Notes under the pieces: model-generated
What the model was told of the DNA's origin: nothing
The model's input: the letters and a program-made list of their open reading frames with translations, nothing else
Database searches by the model: none
Shown: piece after piece, positions 55,834 through 64,000 of the stretch
Layout: every line of letters begins with the position of its first letter
Position numbering within the stretch: position 1 is the first letter of the stretch
Origin: a virus
Taxonomy: Duplodnaviria; Heunggongvirae; Uroviricota; Caudoviricetes
Length of the DNA stretch: 64,000 nucleotides
Direction: 5' to 3' (one strand)
Virus record (IMG/VR): IMGVR_UViG_3300029305_002776
Made by a program: the position numbers and the translations under genes

Positions 55834-56145
55834 ATGTTATCCACTACCACAACAAAAGCAAGATACCAATTTAGAATTGTAAAAAGTGACTTGTTTGAAT
55901 GTGCAGAAAACTACTCATTAAAAACCGCTTTAATTCTTGAAATGTTAGAGGAAGAATTAAATAGTCCTGCTTATGTTAATAACCACATATCATTTAATGA
56001 TATATGCAACGGCAAAAAGTATTTTTTATGGGATAGTGAAGAAAGCTACTCATATATAAATGTAGAGTTTATACAAGACTATGAAAGCAAAAAACTAAAT
56101 CAATATATTGCCTATATTGATTTTGTAGTAAGAAAGAAATTTTAA
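55834..56145 (+). CDS. hypothetical protein (103 aa)
   Basis: RBS AAGAGGTTG; followed by terminator. Confidence 0.45.
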   Translation: MLSTTTTKARYQFRIVKSDLFECAENYSLKTALILEMLEEELNSPAYVNNHISFNDICNGKKYFLWDSEESYSYINVEFIQDYESKKLNQYIAYIDFVVRKKF

Positions 56146-56156
56146 TTACAGATAGA

Positions 56157-56180
56157 GGGGGCAAGCCCCTTGCCCCTTTT
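56157..56180 (+). terminator. rho-independent terminator
   Basis: GGGGCAA-GCCCC-TTGCCCC + TTTT. Confidence 0.65.
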
Positions 56181-56218
56181 AATGTGTAATTAAGATTACA
56201 CAAAATTTAATAAAGGAA

Positions 56219-56410
56219 GTGTTTGAAATGACAAAACCCACTACCAACAAAAAACGCTTGACTAATGCAGAGCGGAAAGCCCTGCACCGCAAAAAAGCCC
56301 TTGCAAGGGTAAAAGGTTTTATTTTTGAAAGCCTTATAATGTTTATTGCACTTGCTATTTTTTCTGCCCCTCTTGTTGTGCTTACTATTAAAATGTATGG
56401 AGGTTTTTAA
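56219..56410 (+). CDS. small membrane protein (63 aa)
   Basis: basic N-terminus then TM helix; RBS AAAGGAAG. Confidence 0.4.
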   Translation: MFEMTKPTTNKKRLTNAERKALHRKKALARVKGFIFESLIMFIALAIFSAPLVVLTIKMYGGF

Positions 56411-56412
56411 TT

Positions 56413-57168
56413 ATGAAAAAAGAATTGTGTTTTGTTCCTACTCTTGAACAATTTATTGAACAAAAAGCAATGCAAGCCACTATTTCAACCCTAAAGCGTA
56501 TTGTTTGGACAACGGACGATAGAAAAGTAAATGATATGCTAATGGGATTGTATCGTGACCAAAAGGCAATAAATAACCCTGCTCTTGCCGTGACTATGGA
56601 CAGCAGGAAAGCCCATACTATTACTGACGGCTATGATTGTTATTTAGTGGCATACTCTTATTTATGGGAGAAAATAGCCGTGGAGGGTCACAGCTTAACA
56701 GACAGAATTGATTATAAACTAAAGAACGGAGAAACTAAAAGCCGTGATTTATTCCAATGGGCTTGTGTGGAAGTTAGAAAATATATTTATCAGCATAGAC
56801 AAAAACACGACTTGAAAAGCTGTTATATAGAGGATTTAAGGCAAAGAGACAAGGACGGAAACAGAGAGACAGCGGAAGAAACGGCGGATAGATTATATAT
56901 TAAAGTCAATCAGTATTATGATATTGAAACAGAGATTGACTATTTTATGCACTGGGCTATTGTTGATAGTTTGGATTTAACCCAAAGGCAAAAAATGATA
57001 TTGCATTATAGGTCAAAGGGCATGAGCGTTTCACAAATTGCGGAGATTTTGAAAGTGCATCAAACAACGATAAGTAAGCATTTGCAAGCAATACAAGAAA
57101 AAATCACAAAAGCCCGCCCCGAAAGCGTGGCACACTTTAAAGGAAAGAGAGAGAGAAAAAAAGCATAA
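56413..57168 (+). CDS. phage-encoded sigma-70-family (ECF-like) RNA polymerase sigma factor
   Basis: C-terminal region-4-like HTH LTQRQKMILHYRSKGMSVSQIAEILKVHQTTISKHLQAIQEKI; RBS GGAGG. Confidence 0.6.
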   Translation: MKKELCFVPTLEQFIEQKAMQATISTLKRIVWTTDDRKVNDMLMGLYRDQKAINNPALAVTMDSRKAHTITDGYDCYLVAYSYLWEKIAVEGHSLTDRIDYKLKNGETKSRDLFQWACVEVRKYIYQHRQKHDLKSCYIEDLRQRDKDGNRETAEETADRLYIKVNQYYDIETEIDYFMHWAIVDSLDLTQRQKMILHYRSKGMSVSQIAEILKVHQTTISKHLQAIQEKITKARPESVAHFKGKRERKKA

Positions 57169-57178
57169 ATATATTAAA

Positions 57179-57210
57179 GCAAGGGGCAAAAAGCCCCTTG
57201 TTTTTTTGTC
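57179..57210 (+). terminator. rho-independent terminator
   Basis: AAGGGGC-AAAAA-GCCCCTT + GTTTTTTT. Confidence 0.7.
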
Positions 57211-57671
57211 CTTTTAGAACCGTACAAAATACATATTTAGCACGGTATGGGGGGAGCTAAAAACCGCAAGCCCCTATTTGATTTTTGAGGATCTTCTTAT
57301 GAGGTATTTTTATACACTAACCAAAAAATTTGACCTTATTTTATTCGCTCTTCTCCCCTATTTTTTTAAAGCATTTTTTGCATAATCAAATTTAAAAAAA
57401 CAATGCCATTTTTTCTTTATTCCCCCAAAATAAAACTAACATTTAATACTATATCTCTAACAGCAAAATCACATTTTACAGCAACAATACTCAACCCCCA
57501 ATATTTAAAACTATATATTACACAATCTAAAATCCCTACTTTTTCACTCATAATTTATTTAACTAAATCGTAAAACATAAGCAGCAAATTTTAATTATAA
57601 AAATCAGAAAAGCCTCATTTTTACGATTCCCCTATTTTGCAATAACCTTCAAAAATAAAATAAATTATTAC

Positions 57672-57700
57672 TTGACAAACTGATTTTTTTATGTTAAAAT
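57672..57700 (+). promoter_or_regulatory. sigma70-type promoter TTGACA-N17-TAAAAT
   Basis: TTACTTGACAAACTGATTTTTTTATGTTAAAATCAGC. Confidence 0.6.
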
Positions 57701-57747
57701 CAGCTCAGAATGAAGTACAATACGAAATTATAGGGAGGGAAGCATAA

Positions 57748-58119
57748 ATGTTCATGAAATTTTATACTGAAACTGGCGAACCATATAGTATAAATGTTGC
57801 TCCCAAACAAAAGATAATTAAAGTGCATAGAAACAACTATATAGACTTTCAGCTCAATCAATGCGCTCAAAAGAACTTAAGCCCATATGCATATATGCTT
57901 TATATGTATTTATTAGTGCGTTCCAAAGATAGAGCCTGGGCAATGTCAAGCAAAGATATTTGTGAGAATACCACTCTTACTAAAAAGACATATCCTAAAG
58001 CTGTAGAAGAGTTAATAGAAAAAGGCTACTTAGTCCCAAAAGAAATTTCAACTGAAGATAATGCACATTACAGTAAAAACACATATCATTTGCTCGAACA
58101 TAATGCCATTAAAATTTAG
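57748..58119 (+). CDS. hypothetical protein, possible winged-helix DNA-binding/replication-initiation helper (123 aa)
   Basis: RBS GGGAGGGAAG; lies just upstream of palindrome/AT-rich ori-like region. Confidence 0.4.
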   Translation: MFMKFYTETGEPYSINVAPKQKIIKVHRNNYIDFQLNQCAQKNLSPYAYMLYMYLLVRSKDRAWAMSSKDICENTTLTKKTYPKAVEELIEKGYLVPKEISTEDNAHYSKNTYHLLEHNAIKI

Positions 58120-58370
58120 GTTCCAATACCCCCATAGGGGGTAATAGGGTAATACCCCCATAGGGGGTAAGAATAAGAGTATTATATAATAAAGAGAGCC
58201 GCTCCGCACAGCTCCGACGGCTTAACATTCGCTTGCTGGCGCAAGCTCATGTTATTATTTGTACTTACGTACTTTGGCTCAAGCGCCGCCAGGCTTAATT
58301 ATTATATTATATATTATTATATTATATATATTTATATATATTATTATTATAACAATACAAAATTATAGGA
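58120..58370. repeat. ori-like region: two copies of palindrome TACCCCCATAGGGGGTA (58127-58143, 58153-58170), hairpins (58197-58227, 58231-58246) and a 60 bp pure A/T tract of (TTATA/TATAT) repeats
   Basis: direct reading; ends with leader motif ACAATACAAAATTATAGG + RBS. Confidence 0.5.
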
Positions 58371-58378
58371 GTGATATT

Positions 58379-58579
58379 ATGAGAATTGTTGGTCAAATAA
58401 AAATACCATGTGAGTACATGAGTGACAATGCAACTCAAGATTGGCTACAGCGGAATGTGGCAAATGAGATTACCAAAGAGCTACTCAACCGCAATTGTAT
58501 TCAATTCACAGAAGAATACAAGCAAGGATATTACATCATGCGTGGAGAGGTGGAAGTTGTTTGTGAAAAAATGTACTGA
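58379..58579 (+). CDS. hypothetical protein (66 aa)
   Basis: RBS TAGGAGTG; track ORF begins further upstream inside the AT tract (no SD there). Confidence 0.4.
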   Translation: MRIVGQIKIPCEYMSDNATQDWLQRNVANEITKELLNRNCIQFTEEYKQGYYIMRGEVEVVCEKMY

Positions 58580-58640
58580 ATGTATTCACTTTGAAGTGTG
58601 CTGTTATATAGACCCTAATTTACCTGTGTGTGATTCATTT

Positions 58641-58886
58641 ATGGATCAAAGCAAAATTGTTCCTTGTTCTGTAGGTGATGAAGCATATGTTATTGCTTAC
58701 TCTACTAATACAAGAGTTATTCAGATAAGAGTTTCACAGATACAGTTTATTGATAACAATATATATATTTGGATTGAAAATATGGAAAATACTTTTGATT
58801 TTTGGAAATTAACAGCAAAGGAATATAATGAGTCTTGCTTTCTAACACGAGAAGAAGCAGAAAAGAAATTGGAGGAATTGAAATGA
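58641..58886 (+). CDS. hypothetical protein (alternative GTG start at 58563 would add a Cys-rich N-terminus)
   Basis: frame of track ORF 58422..58886; 5' part overlaps previous gene. Confidence 0.35.
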   Translation: MDQSKIVPCSVGDEAYVIAYSTNTRVIQIRVSQIQFIDNNIYIWIENMENTFDFWKLTAKEYNESCFLTREEAEKKLEELK

Positions 58887-59155
58887 GTAACGAACATAGA
58901 AATCCAAAAAACTATTACATGCTCCCAGGAGAGCTAGCCAACTTCGTTCACAACAAAGCCATTCCTGGAGATATTGCATATTCATATGATGCTATAACAG
59001 AAAGACACTATATATACTATTGTACAACTGAAAACATCGGCAAAGACGTTACTCCATATTGGGCTATAACTGATAAAAAGGAAATGATAAGAGAAAGATT
59101 AAAAAGCATGTCCTTGGAAGAAAAAATTGATTTTTTAATTGAGAGACTGATTTGA
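58883..59155 (+). CDS. hypothetical protein (90 aa)
   Basis: ATGA overlap with upstream stop, RBS GGAGGAATTG. Confidence 0.4.
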   Translation: MSNEHRNPKNYYMLPGELANFVHNKAIPGDIAYSYDAITERHYIYYCTTENIGKDVTPYWAITDKKEMIRERLKSMSLEEKIDFLIERLI

Positions 59156-59164
59156 GGTGAGAAT

Positions 59165-59434
59165 ATGAGTAAATCAATCTTAGTAATAAATACCCCTAAT
59201 AGTTGCGCTGAATGCCCTTTATTTGGTGATTTTTATAGTGACATGACGTGCAAGGCAAATAGATATGGAATTAATTATCCATACCCCAAAGACTTTAGGC
59301 AAGATTGGTGTCCACTAAAGCCACTTCCAGAAAAATGCGACATGGGAAATGTTGTTTGTGATAGAGACTATGATGGTGATTATGAATATGGATACAATGC
59401 ATGTATTGATGAAATCTTAGGAGGTACAGTATGA
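59165..59434 (+). CDS. Cys-rich hypothetical protein (89 aa)
   Basis: RBS GAGGTGAG. Confidence 0.4.
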   Translation: MSKSILVINTPNSCAECPLFGDFYSDMTCKANRYGINYPYPKDFRQDWCPLKPLPEKCDMGNVVCDRDYDGDYEYGYNACIDEILGGTV

Positions 59435-59685
59435 ATGAATTAATGTGGTATAGATTTAAGACAAAGGCAGTAGATGATTGCAGACCTTTAGTTGACATGA
59501 AAGATATTCAAATGCCTTGGTGGTGTTCTGGATTTGCTGGAGACGATAGTTATGCAATTATCGTCTGCTACTTGCCAAAGGATGAAGATTTGTTCAAGTA
59601 TTGGGATGACGCTTATGACATTGATTCTGAAGAAAGAACAGAAATCACATATACAGACAGATTTCCAAAACCTGAATGGCTTTAA
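59431..59685 (+). CDS. hypothetical protein (84 aa)
   Basis: RBS GGAGGT; ATGA overlap. Confidence 0.4.
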   Translation: MNELMWYRFKTKAVDDCRPLVDMKDIQMPWWCSGFAGDDSYAIIVCYLPKDEDLFKYWDDAYDIDSEERTEITYTDRFPKPEWL

Positions 59686-59697
59686 GAGGTGATAAAT

Positions 59698-60063
59698 ATG
59701 ATTAATGTAATTCCAGATTGGTTACAAGATGCAATTGATTTTCTTTGTAAAGAGTTTCCAGAAGATGAAGATGTAAATGTGTCAATTTTATATGGGTTTG
59801 ATTGTGTTGGCACAGATAAAAACAATTGTGGGTTCGCTGTTTATAATACGGAAACAAAAACTATTATGCTTGCAGACTATAATGAACTTAAAAATTCGTT
59901 TGAAGAGTTGTCTTGGACTGATGTGAAAGATACAACTATTACCAATCTATTTCATGAATACCGTCATCATCAGCAAAATACCTATGGATGGGATTTAAGT
60001 GAAGATGATGCAGAAAATTTTGCAGACCATATGTACAAAGAATTTATTTCATGGACGTATTAA
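59698..60063 (+). CDS. putative zinc metalloprotease-like protein (HExxH: HEYRHH)
   Basis: HEYRH motif in C-terminal half; RBS AAGAGGTG. Confidence 0.35.
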   Translation: MINVIPDWLQDAIDFLCKEFPEDEDVNVSILYGFDCVGTDKNNCGFAVYNTETKTIMLADYNELKNSFEELSWTDVKDTTITNLFHEYRHHQQNTYGWDLSEDDAENFADHMYKEFISWTY

Positions 60064-60093
60064 AACTAACACTTTAAGAGGAGAGGTAAATAT

Positions 60094-60303
60094 ATGAATG
60101 ATGGAATTATGGGTGCTTGGAAAGGTATGCCAATCATAAATGTGTATTGCACTTTGGATGAATTTAGTGAAGATATCAAAAGAAAATTAACGCAAGAAGA
60201 TTTAGATAGATACTCTGATTGTACCTTTGCACCTTTAAAGCTATATTTGGATCCAAAAGATTTGTCCGTCAATGCTTTAATTGTTCCAGTTAAAAACATT
60301 TAA
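60094..60303 (+). CDS. hypothetical protein (69 aa)
   Basis: RBS AGGAGAGG. Confidence 0.35.
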   Translation: MNDGIMGAWKGMPIINVYCTLDEFSEDIKRKLTQEDLDRYSDCTFAPLKLYLDPKDLSVNALIVPVKNI

Positions 60304-60328
60304 AAGATTGGTTTTAAGAGGAATATAT

Positions 60329-60499
60329 ATGGATAATAGTTACGACATCGTTCAATATGTAGAGAAAGTCTTTGGCATAAAGTTGCTTGAATATCAAAAA
60401 GAATTACTTCGCCAAATGGACTCTGGAAAGCAAACTTATATTCATCCAGCATTTTACATTAATGAACTGGTAAAAGATTTATTTAAGGAGAAAAAATAA
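60329..60499 (+). CDS. hypothetical protein (56 aa; MDNSYDIV...)
   Basis: RBS AAGAGGAAT. Confidence 0.35.
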   Translation: MDNSYDIVQYVEKVFGIKLLEYQKELLRQMDSGKQTYIHPAFYINELVKDLFKEKK

Positions 60500-60651
60500 T
60501 GAAATGTTACATGGAAACCTGCGTCAACAACAATGAATGGGCTTGTTGGTATCGTGACGACTGTGATGATTGTACACGGGGCTGCAAAAACTATTACAAG
60601 TGCAGTAGCTGTGATTACTATATGGATGAAAGTATAGAGGAGGACTCTTAA
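60499..60651 (+). CDS. small Cys-rich protein (50 aa)
   Basis: RBS AAGGAG; CxNNNEWACW...CDDC...C...CSSCDYY. Confidence 0.35.
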   Translation: MKCYMETCVNNNEWACWYRDDCDDCTRGCKNYYKCSSCDYYMDESIEEDS

Positions 60652-61059
60652 ATGAATTATATGTCAGAAGTTGCTAAGATGCTCGGAGTTGAGTTTAATG
60701 AAAAATTTGAAATAATTATGCCATTTTCGTCTTGTTATGCGATTGGTATGTTTACAAATGATGGGCTACAAATCCCAGATCATAATATATCTAATATGAT
60801 TAGTTGGAAGCCTTATGTGCTTGAGCATTTGTTAAAAGGAGATTATACCATCAAACACAAACCTTGGAAACCAACAAACGAAGATTGTTACTTTTTTGTA
60901 GCTAACAATGGTTGTGTGGTTTGGAAAGGTTGGTGTGACAGTAATAATGACATCATACTTTATAAACTTGGTAACTGTTATAAGACAAGGCCAGAAGCTG
61001 AAAAGCACCGTGACAAGTGGATTGCATTCTACAAGTCAGATGAAGTATTGGAGGTATGA
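60652..61059 (+). CDS. hypothetical protein (135 aa)
   Basis: ORF in rightward block. Confidence 0.4.
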   Translation: MNYMSEVAKMLGVEFNEKFEIIMPFSSCYAIGMFTNDGLQIPDHNISNMISWKPYVLEHLLKGDYTIKHKPWKPTNEDCYFFVANNGCVVWKGWCDSNNDIILYKLGNCYKTRPEAEKHRDKWIAFYKSDEVLEV

Positions 61060-61062
61060 CTT

Positions 61063-61536
61063 ATGTTAAAGACACCTAAATATGGATGGAGCAGAATAAC
61101 CATTGGCAGTTGGTCTGATAGATGCAGCAACTGTTATTATGATTTGCCGTTTGACCTTCTTGAAGGGCTAGAAAAAGCATGCAGAGAGCGCAAGCCAGTT
61201 GCCGTCCAGTTTGATGCAGAGGGATGGGACTATATTATTGTTTTTGATTTATATGAAACTCATATCATTACAAACAAAGATAGTGTTGAATATACAACTA
61301 TTGAAGTGCATCGAGATGATTTGGCAAGAGAGCTAATTGCTGATATACGTAGAGACATAGAGGCCTGGAGTTGCTGGGTAGACTGTGGTGAAATGTCAGA
61401 CGACCAAAAAATAGAGCGTGAAGAGGATCTTAAAATCCTTTGTGAAATTTTAGAGCGCAGATTACCTAGTGACGATTTTAAGGTTAAATATATGCCACAG
61501 AGTATCTTAAACTCTAAGGGAGAGCTCTTCTATTAA
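61063..61536 (+). CDS. hypothetical protein (157 aa)
   Basis: ORF in rightward block. Confidence 0.4.
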   Translation: MLKTPKYGWSRITIGSWSDRCSNCYYDLPFDLLEGLEKACRERKPVAVQFDAEGWDYIIVFDLYETHIITNKDSVEYTTIEVHRDDLARELIADIRRDIEAWSCWVDCGEMSDDQKIEREEDLKILCEILERRLPSDDFKVKYMPQSILNSKGELFY

Positions 61537-61670
61537 ATTTCTATTGCTATCTATTAGAAATTCGATTCAATTTAATGCGTTTATACCATAGGATGATAAA
61601 TTGCTCTAGTGAGTATTAAAATCAAAAATAAACTCAATTTTATAGACTTTACTATTAGGGGGTAAAAATT

Positions 61671-61961
61671 ATGGCAGATTTCAGAGAAACATGTGTAGAA
61701 TATCTTAACGTAGATAATTGCGCCACATTTTATTCAGGAGAAAAGCGATGGATTAATAAGATTATTAAGCTATCAAAAGAGCGCCCTAATGATGTGCAAA
61801 TTATTAGCTATCCAGAAGAAAACGAGGGACACATTTGTGCAAATATCCCAAAAAGCTGGTTAAAAATCTCTCCTCCAAAGACAATGAATTTATCAGACGA
61901 ACAAAGGGTTGCGGCAGCTGACCGTATGCGTATTGCTAGAGATATAAAGAATAAGGGGTGA
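61671..61961 (+). CDS. hypothetical protein (96 aa)
   Basis: RBS GGGGGTAAAAATT. Confidence 0.4.
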   Translation: MADFRETCVEYLNVDNCATFYSGEKRWINKIIKLSKERPNDVQIISYPEENEGHICANIPKSWLKISPPKTMNLSDEQRVAAADRMRIARDIKNKG

Positions 61962-61976
61962 ATTTTATGGTGATGT

Positions 61977-62560
61977 TTGCAGAGGTAAGGCAAAATGGCG
62001 AGTGGCACAAAGTTGGTAAAGAGTTTGTGAGCACTTATGAAGAGATGGAAGGTCAGCTGACTGATAGAGTTTTTGATGGGAGAAATATGGAGTTGACGGC
62101 TTTTTTGGCAAGTTATTATTATGGTAATATTATCTCAGAGCCTGATGTAGGTGCAAGTGAAGAGTGTAAAAACCACAAGCTGCTAAGTGGACAAATAGTT
62201 TATGTGTCAACGTTGAGAGAAATTTTAGACTTTGATTGGGATAAGGAAGTTTATGAGCTTGGTTATATTTCAGAATGGCAATATAAGCGCCTGAAGAATG
62301 ATGGTATTGAGCCAACCAGTATTATCAAAAATCCTTTCCGTGGAGGAGGTAATATGGCTGTGCGCCCTTTCTTTATGGATATGGTTATTGCACGTCCCTC
62401 TTTGCGCCAGCAATGTAGATATTTTGTAGAATATAGATATGATAAATGTAAAATGAGAGATGTGTGTGATTTTTTCTGTAACGTATCTGTTCCTAGATTG
62501 ATTGAGCTAATTCCAGACGGAGGCACTATAGAGGACGTTAGAATTATCTTTAGTGTTTAA
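61977..62560 (+). CDS. hypothetical protein (194 aa; MVMFAEVRQ...)
   Basis: RBS AAGGGGTG; track start is upstream GTG. Confidence 0.4.
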
Positions 62561-62585
62561 AAAATTTCTTGGCAGGTGAGCGTCT

Positions 62586-64000
62586 ATGGCAAAACAGCAA
62601 AAAATTCAACAGTATTGCTTAAAACTACATTCCTCTTTTTTGGCCAAGTATAATTGGGACTTAAATCTTCCAATTGAAAAAGCGAGACAGACTCCTGGTG
62701 TTGTAGTTTCTTTGGCAGATTCTCAGATTTTAACTTGGATTAATGAGCTAAATGGCACAGAGAATTACGACTCTATTGCTCGTGAAATAAAAAAAGAGAT
62801 TAAGTTTATCAAAAAGCAAAAAAGCACTGTTGAGAACAAAAATAAGATCAAAGAGTTATATAAAGAGCTTTATAGAGTTCAATTTAGAGAAGATTATGTT
62901 TGTGTCATAATGGACAAGAAAAGTGACTATGATAGGGCAAATAAAGGCTTCAAAATAAATGGCATTGAATATAAAAGGCTACTAACTACTACAAATGGTG
63001 TTAAAACAGCAACTGTAGTATATACAAGCGTCAGACTGAGGGATGAACTAAAAAAGCGCATTGAAAATGGTCGAGATACAAGTGTGAAATTGGTGCCAGC
63101 AAAGTTGGGTGCATATGAAGCATTATGTTCCAGTGCGTCAATCCCTGTAAGCTGGCCAAATGGAATAATTGTAATCAAAGATGCGTTCACAAAATTTAAA
63201 TCAGATTTGATTAATATTGATGATAGTGACGTATCAAAAGAACCAGTCGTTGAGTTTGCGCCAATGCAAGATGTAACTAACAATGCGTCTGATGGATGTT
63301 CTATGATGCTTCCATCATTATCTAAGAGATGGAATGGTGAACTAAATGGTGATTTTGAGCATACAATAAGCGGCTGCAACTTAAGATGTGCGTGGACAAA
63401 GGGAATGACGTTCACGTTTGATTATATTGAATGGGCAGAAAAGAATATTGGCTCTTATATTATAACTGACGTTTGGGGCCATGAAAGAGACATAAGAGAA
63501 TCTGAATTAATTTTAACAGAGGGTCAACTGAAGCTTTGGAATAATTATAGTAGTTGGGAAGATTATTATAATTGCTGTATCAAAAATCATTATACCATGC
63601 GTGTTGCAAAAACAGCTCCACATGAAGTAGATGATGTGCGTCAGTTAAATTATCAATTTATTCAGCCATATGAACTTAATGATGATGATATACGTAGCTT
63701 AATTTCTAAAACTGTTGATGAAATTAAAGATATTATGAGATTTGATTATAAAAAGAGCATTGTGTATCTGTCTGGCTCAAAGCTGAATGAGGAAAATATT
63801 CCTTATGTTGATTGCGCAGCAAAAGCATTAATGATTAACAAAAACATGATAGATGATCCGTATATATACTCTAAAATTCAAAAAATGATTCAGCGCAGAA
63901 TATGTGATGCCAAAATTGGTGTACTCGATGTATATGGAAACTTTCAGATCCTTTCTGGAGATTTAGTATGCTTATGTGAAAGCATGTTTGGTATTGAGCC
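62586..64000 (+). CDS. large hypothetical protein, 3' end beyond window (>470 aa)
   Basis: open frame from ATG 62586 to window end; not in track because no stop. Confidence 0.45.
   Translation, partial: MAKQQKIQQYCLKLHSSFLAKYNWDLNLPIEKARQTPGVVVSLADSQILTWINELNGTENYDSIAREIKKEIKFIKKQKSTVENKNKIKELYKELYRVQFREDYVCVIMDKKSDYDRANKGFKINGIEYKRLLTTTNGVKTATVVYTSVRLRDELKKRIENGRDTSVKLVPAKLGAYEALCSSASIPVSWPNGIIVIKDAFTKFKSDLINIDDSDVSKEPVVEFAPMQDVTNNASDGCSMMLPSLSKRWNGELNGDFEHTISGCNLRCAWTKGMTFTFDYIEWAEKNIGSYIITDVWGHERDIRESELILTEGQLKLWNNYSSWEDYYNCCIKNHYTMRVAKTAPHEVDDVRQLNYQFIQPYELNDDDIRSLISKTVDEIKDIMRFDYKKSIVYLSGSKLNEENIPYVDCAAKALMINKNMIDDPYIYSKIQKMIQRRICDAKIGVLDVYGNFQILSGDLVCLCESMFGIE

Overview
AT-rich (~35% GC) phage or prophage-like segment. 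About 55 kb is a densely packed minus-strand gene block, followed by a ~0.9 kb GC-richer strand-switch region and a plus-strand block (55.8-64 kb). The left end carries a partial cysteine desulfurase, an SPFH protein and a minus-strand tRNA island (3.1-7.3 kb). The island holds 15 canonical tRNAs (Thr, Lys, Pro, Leu, Gly, Trp, Asn, Gln, Met, Asp, Arg, Ile-UAU, Glu, Ala, Tyr) plus several non-canonical tRNA-like fragments. A Ro60/TROVE (Rsr) orthologue sits directly 3' of the island, preceded by a tRNA-like gene in its own leader, which suggests phage-encoded Y-RNA-type tRNA mimics. Recognisable genes include a P-loop kinase, a calcineurin-like phosphoesterase, a lytic transglycosylase, a helicase-like P-loop protein, a Sak4-like RecA ATPase, an SSB, a tyrosine recombinase, GIY-YIG and HNH homing endonucleases, a Dam-like N6-adenine methyltransferase, a group-II-intron-type reverse transcriptase, a PurA-family enzyme (PurZ candidate), a vWA protein and a phage sigma factor. 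The RT is followed immediately by an unusual tandem array of six to seven ~172 bp units, each a conserved ~95 nt module plus a unit-specific long hairpin. Other highlights are a conserved mRNA leader motif ACAATACAAAATTATT seen about 20 times, a series of perfect TTGACA-N17-TAnAAT promoters, two paralogous large Cys-motif proteins, and a palindrome/AT-rich ori-like region. Coordinates for features found by eye (tRNAs, promoters, hairpins) may be off by 1-2 nt.
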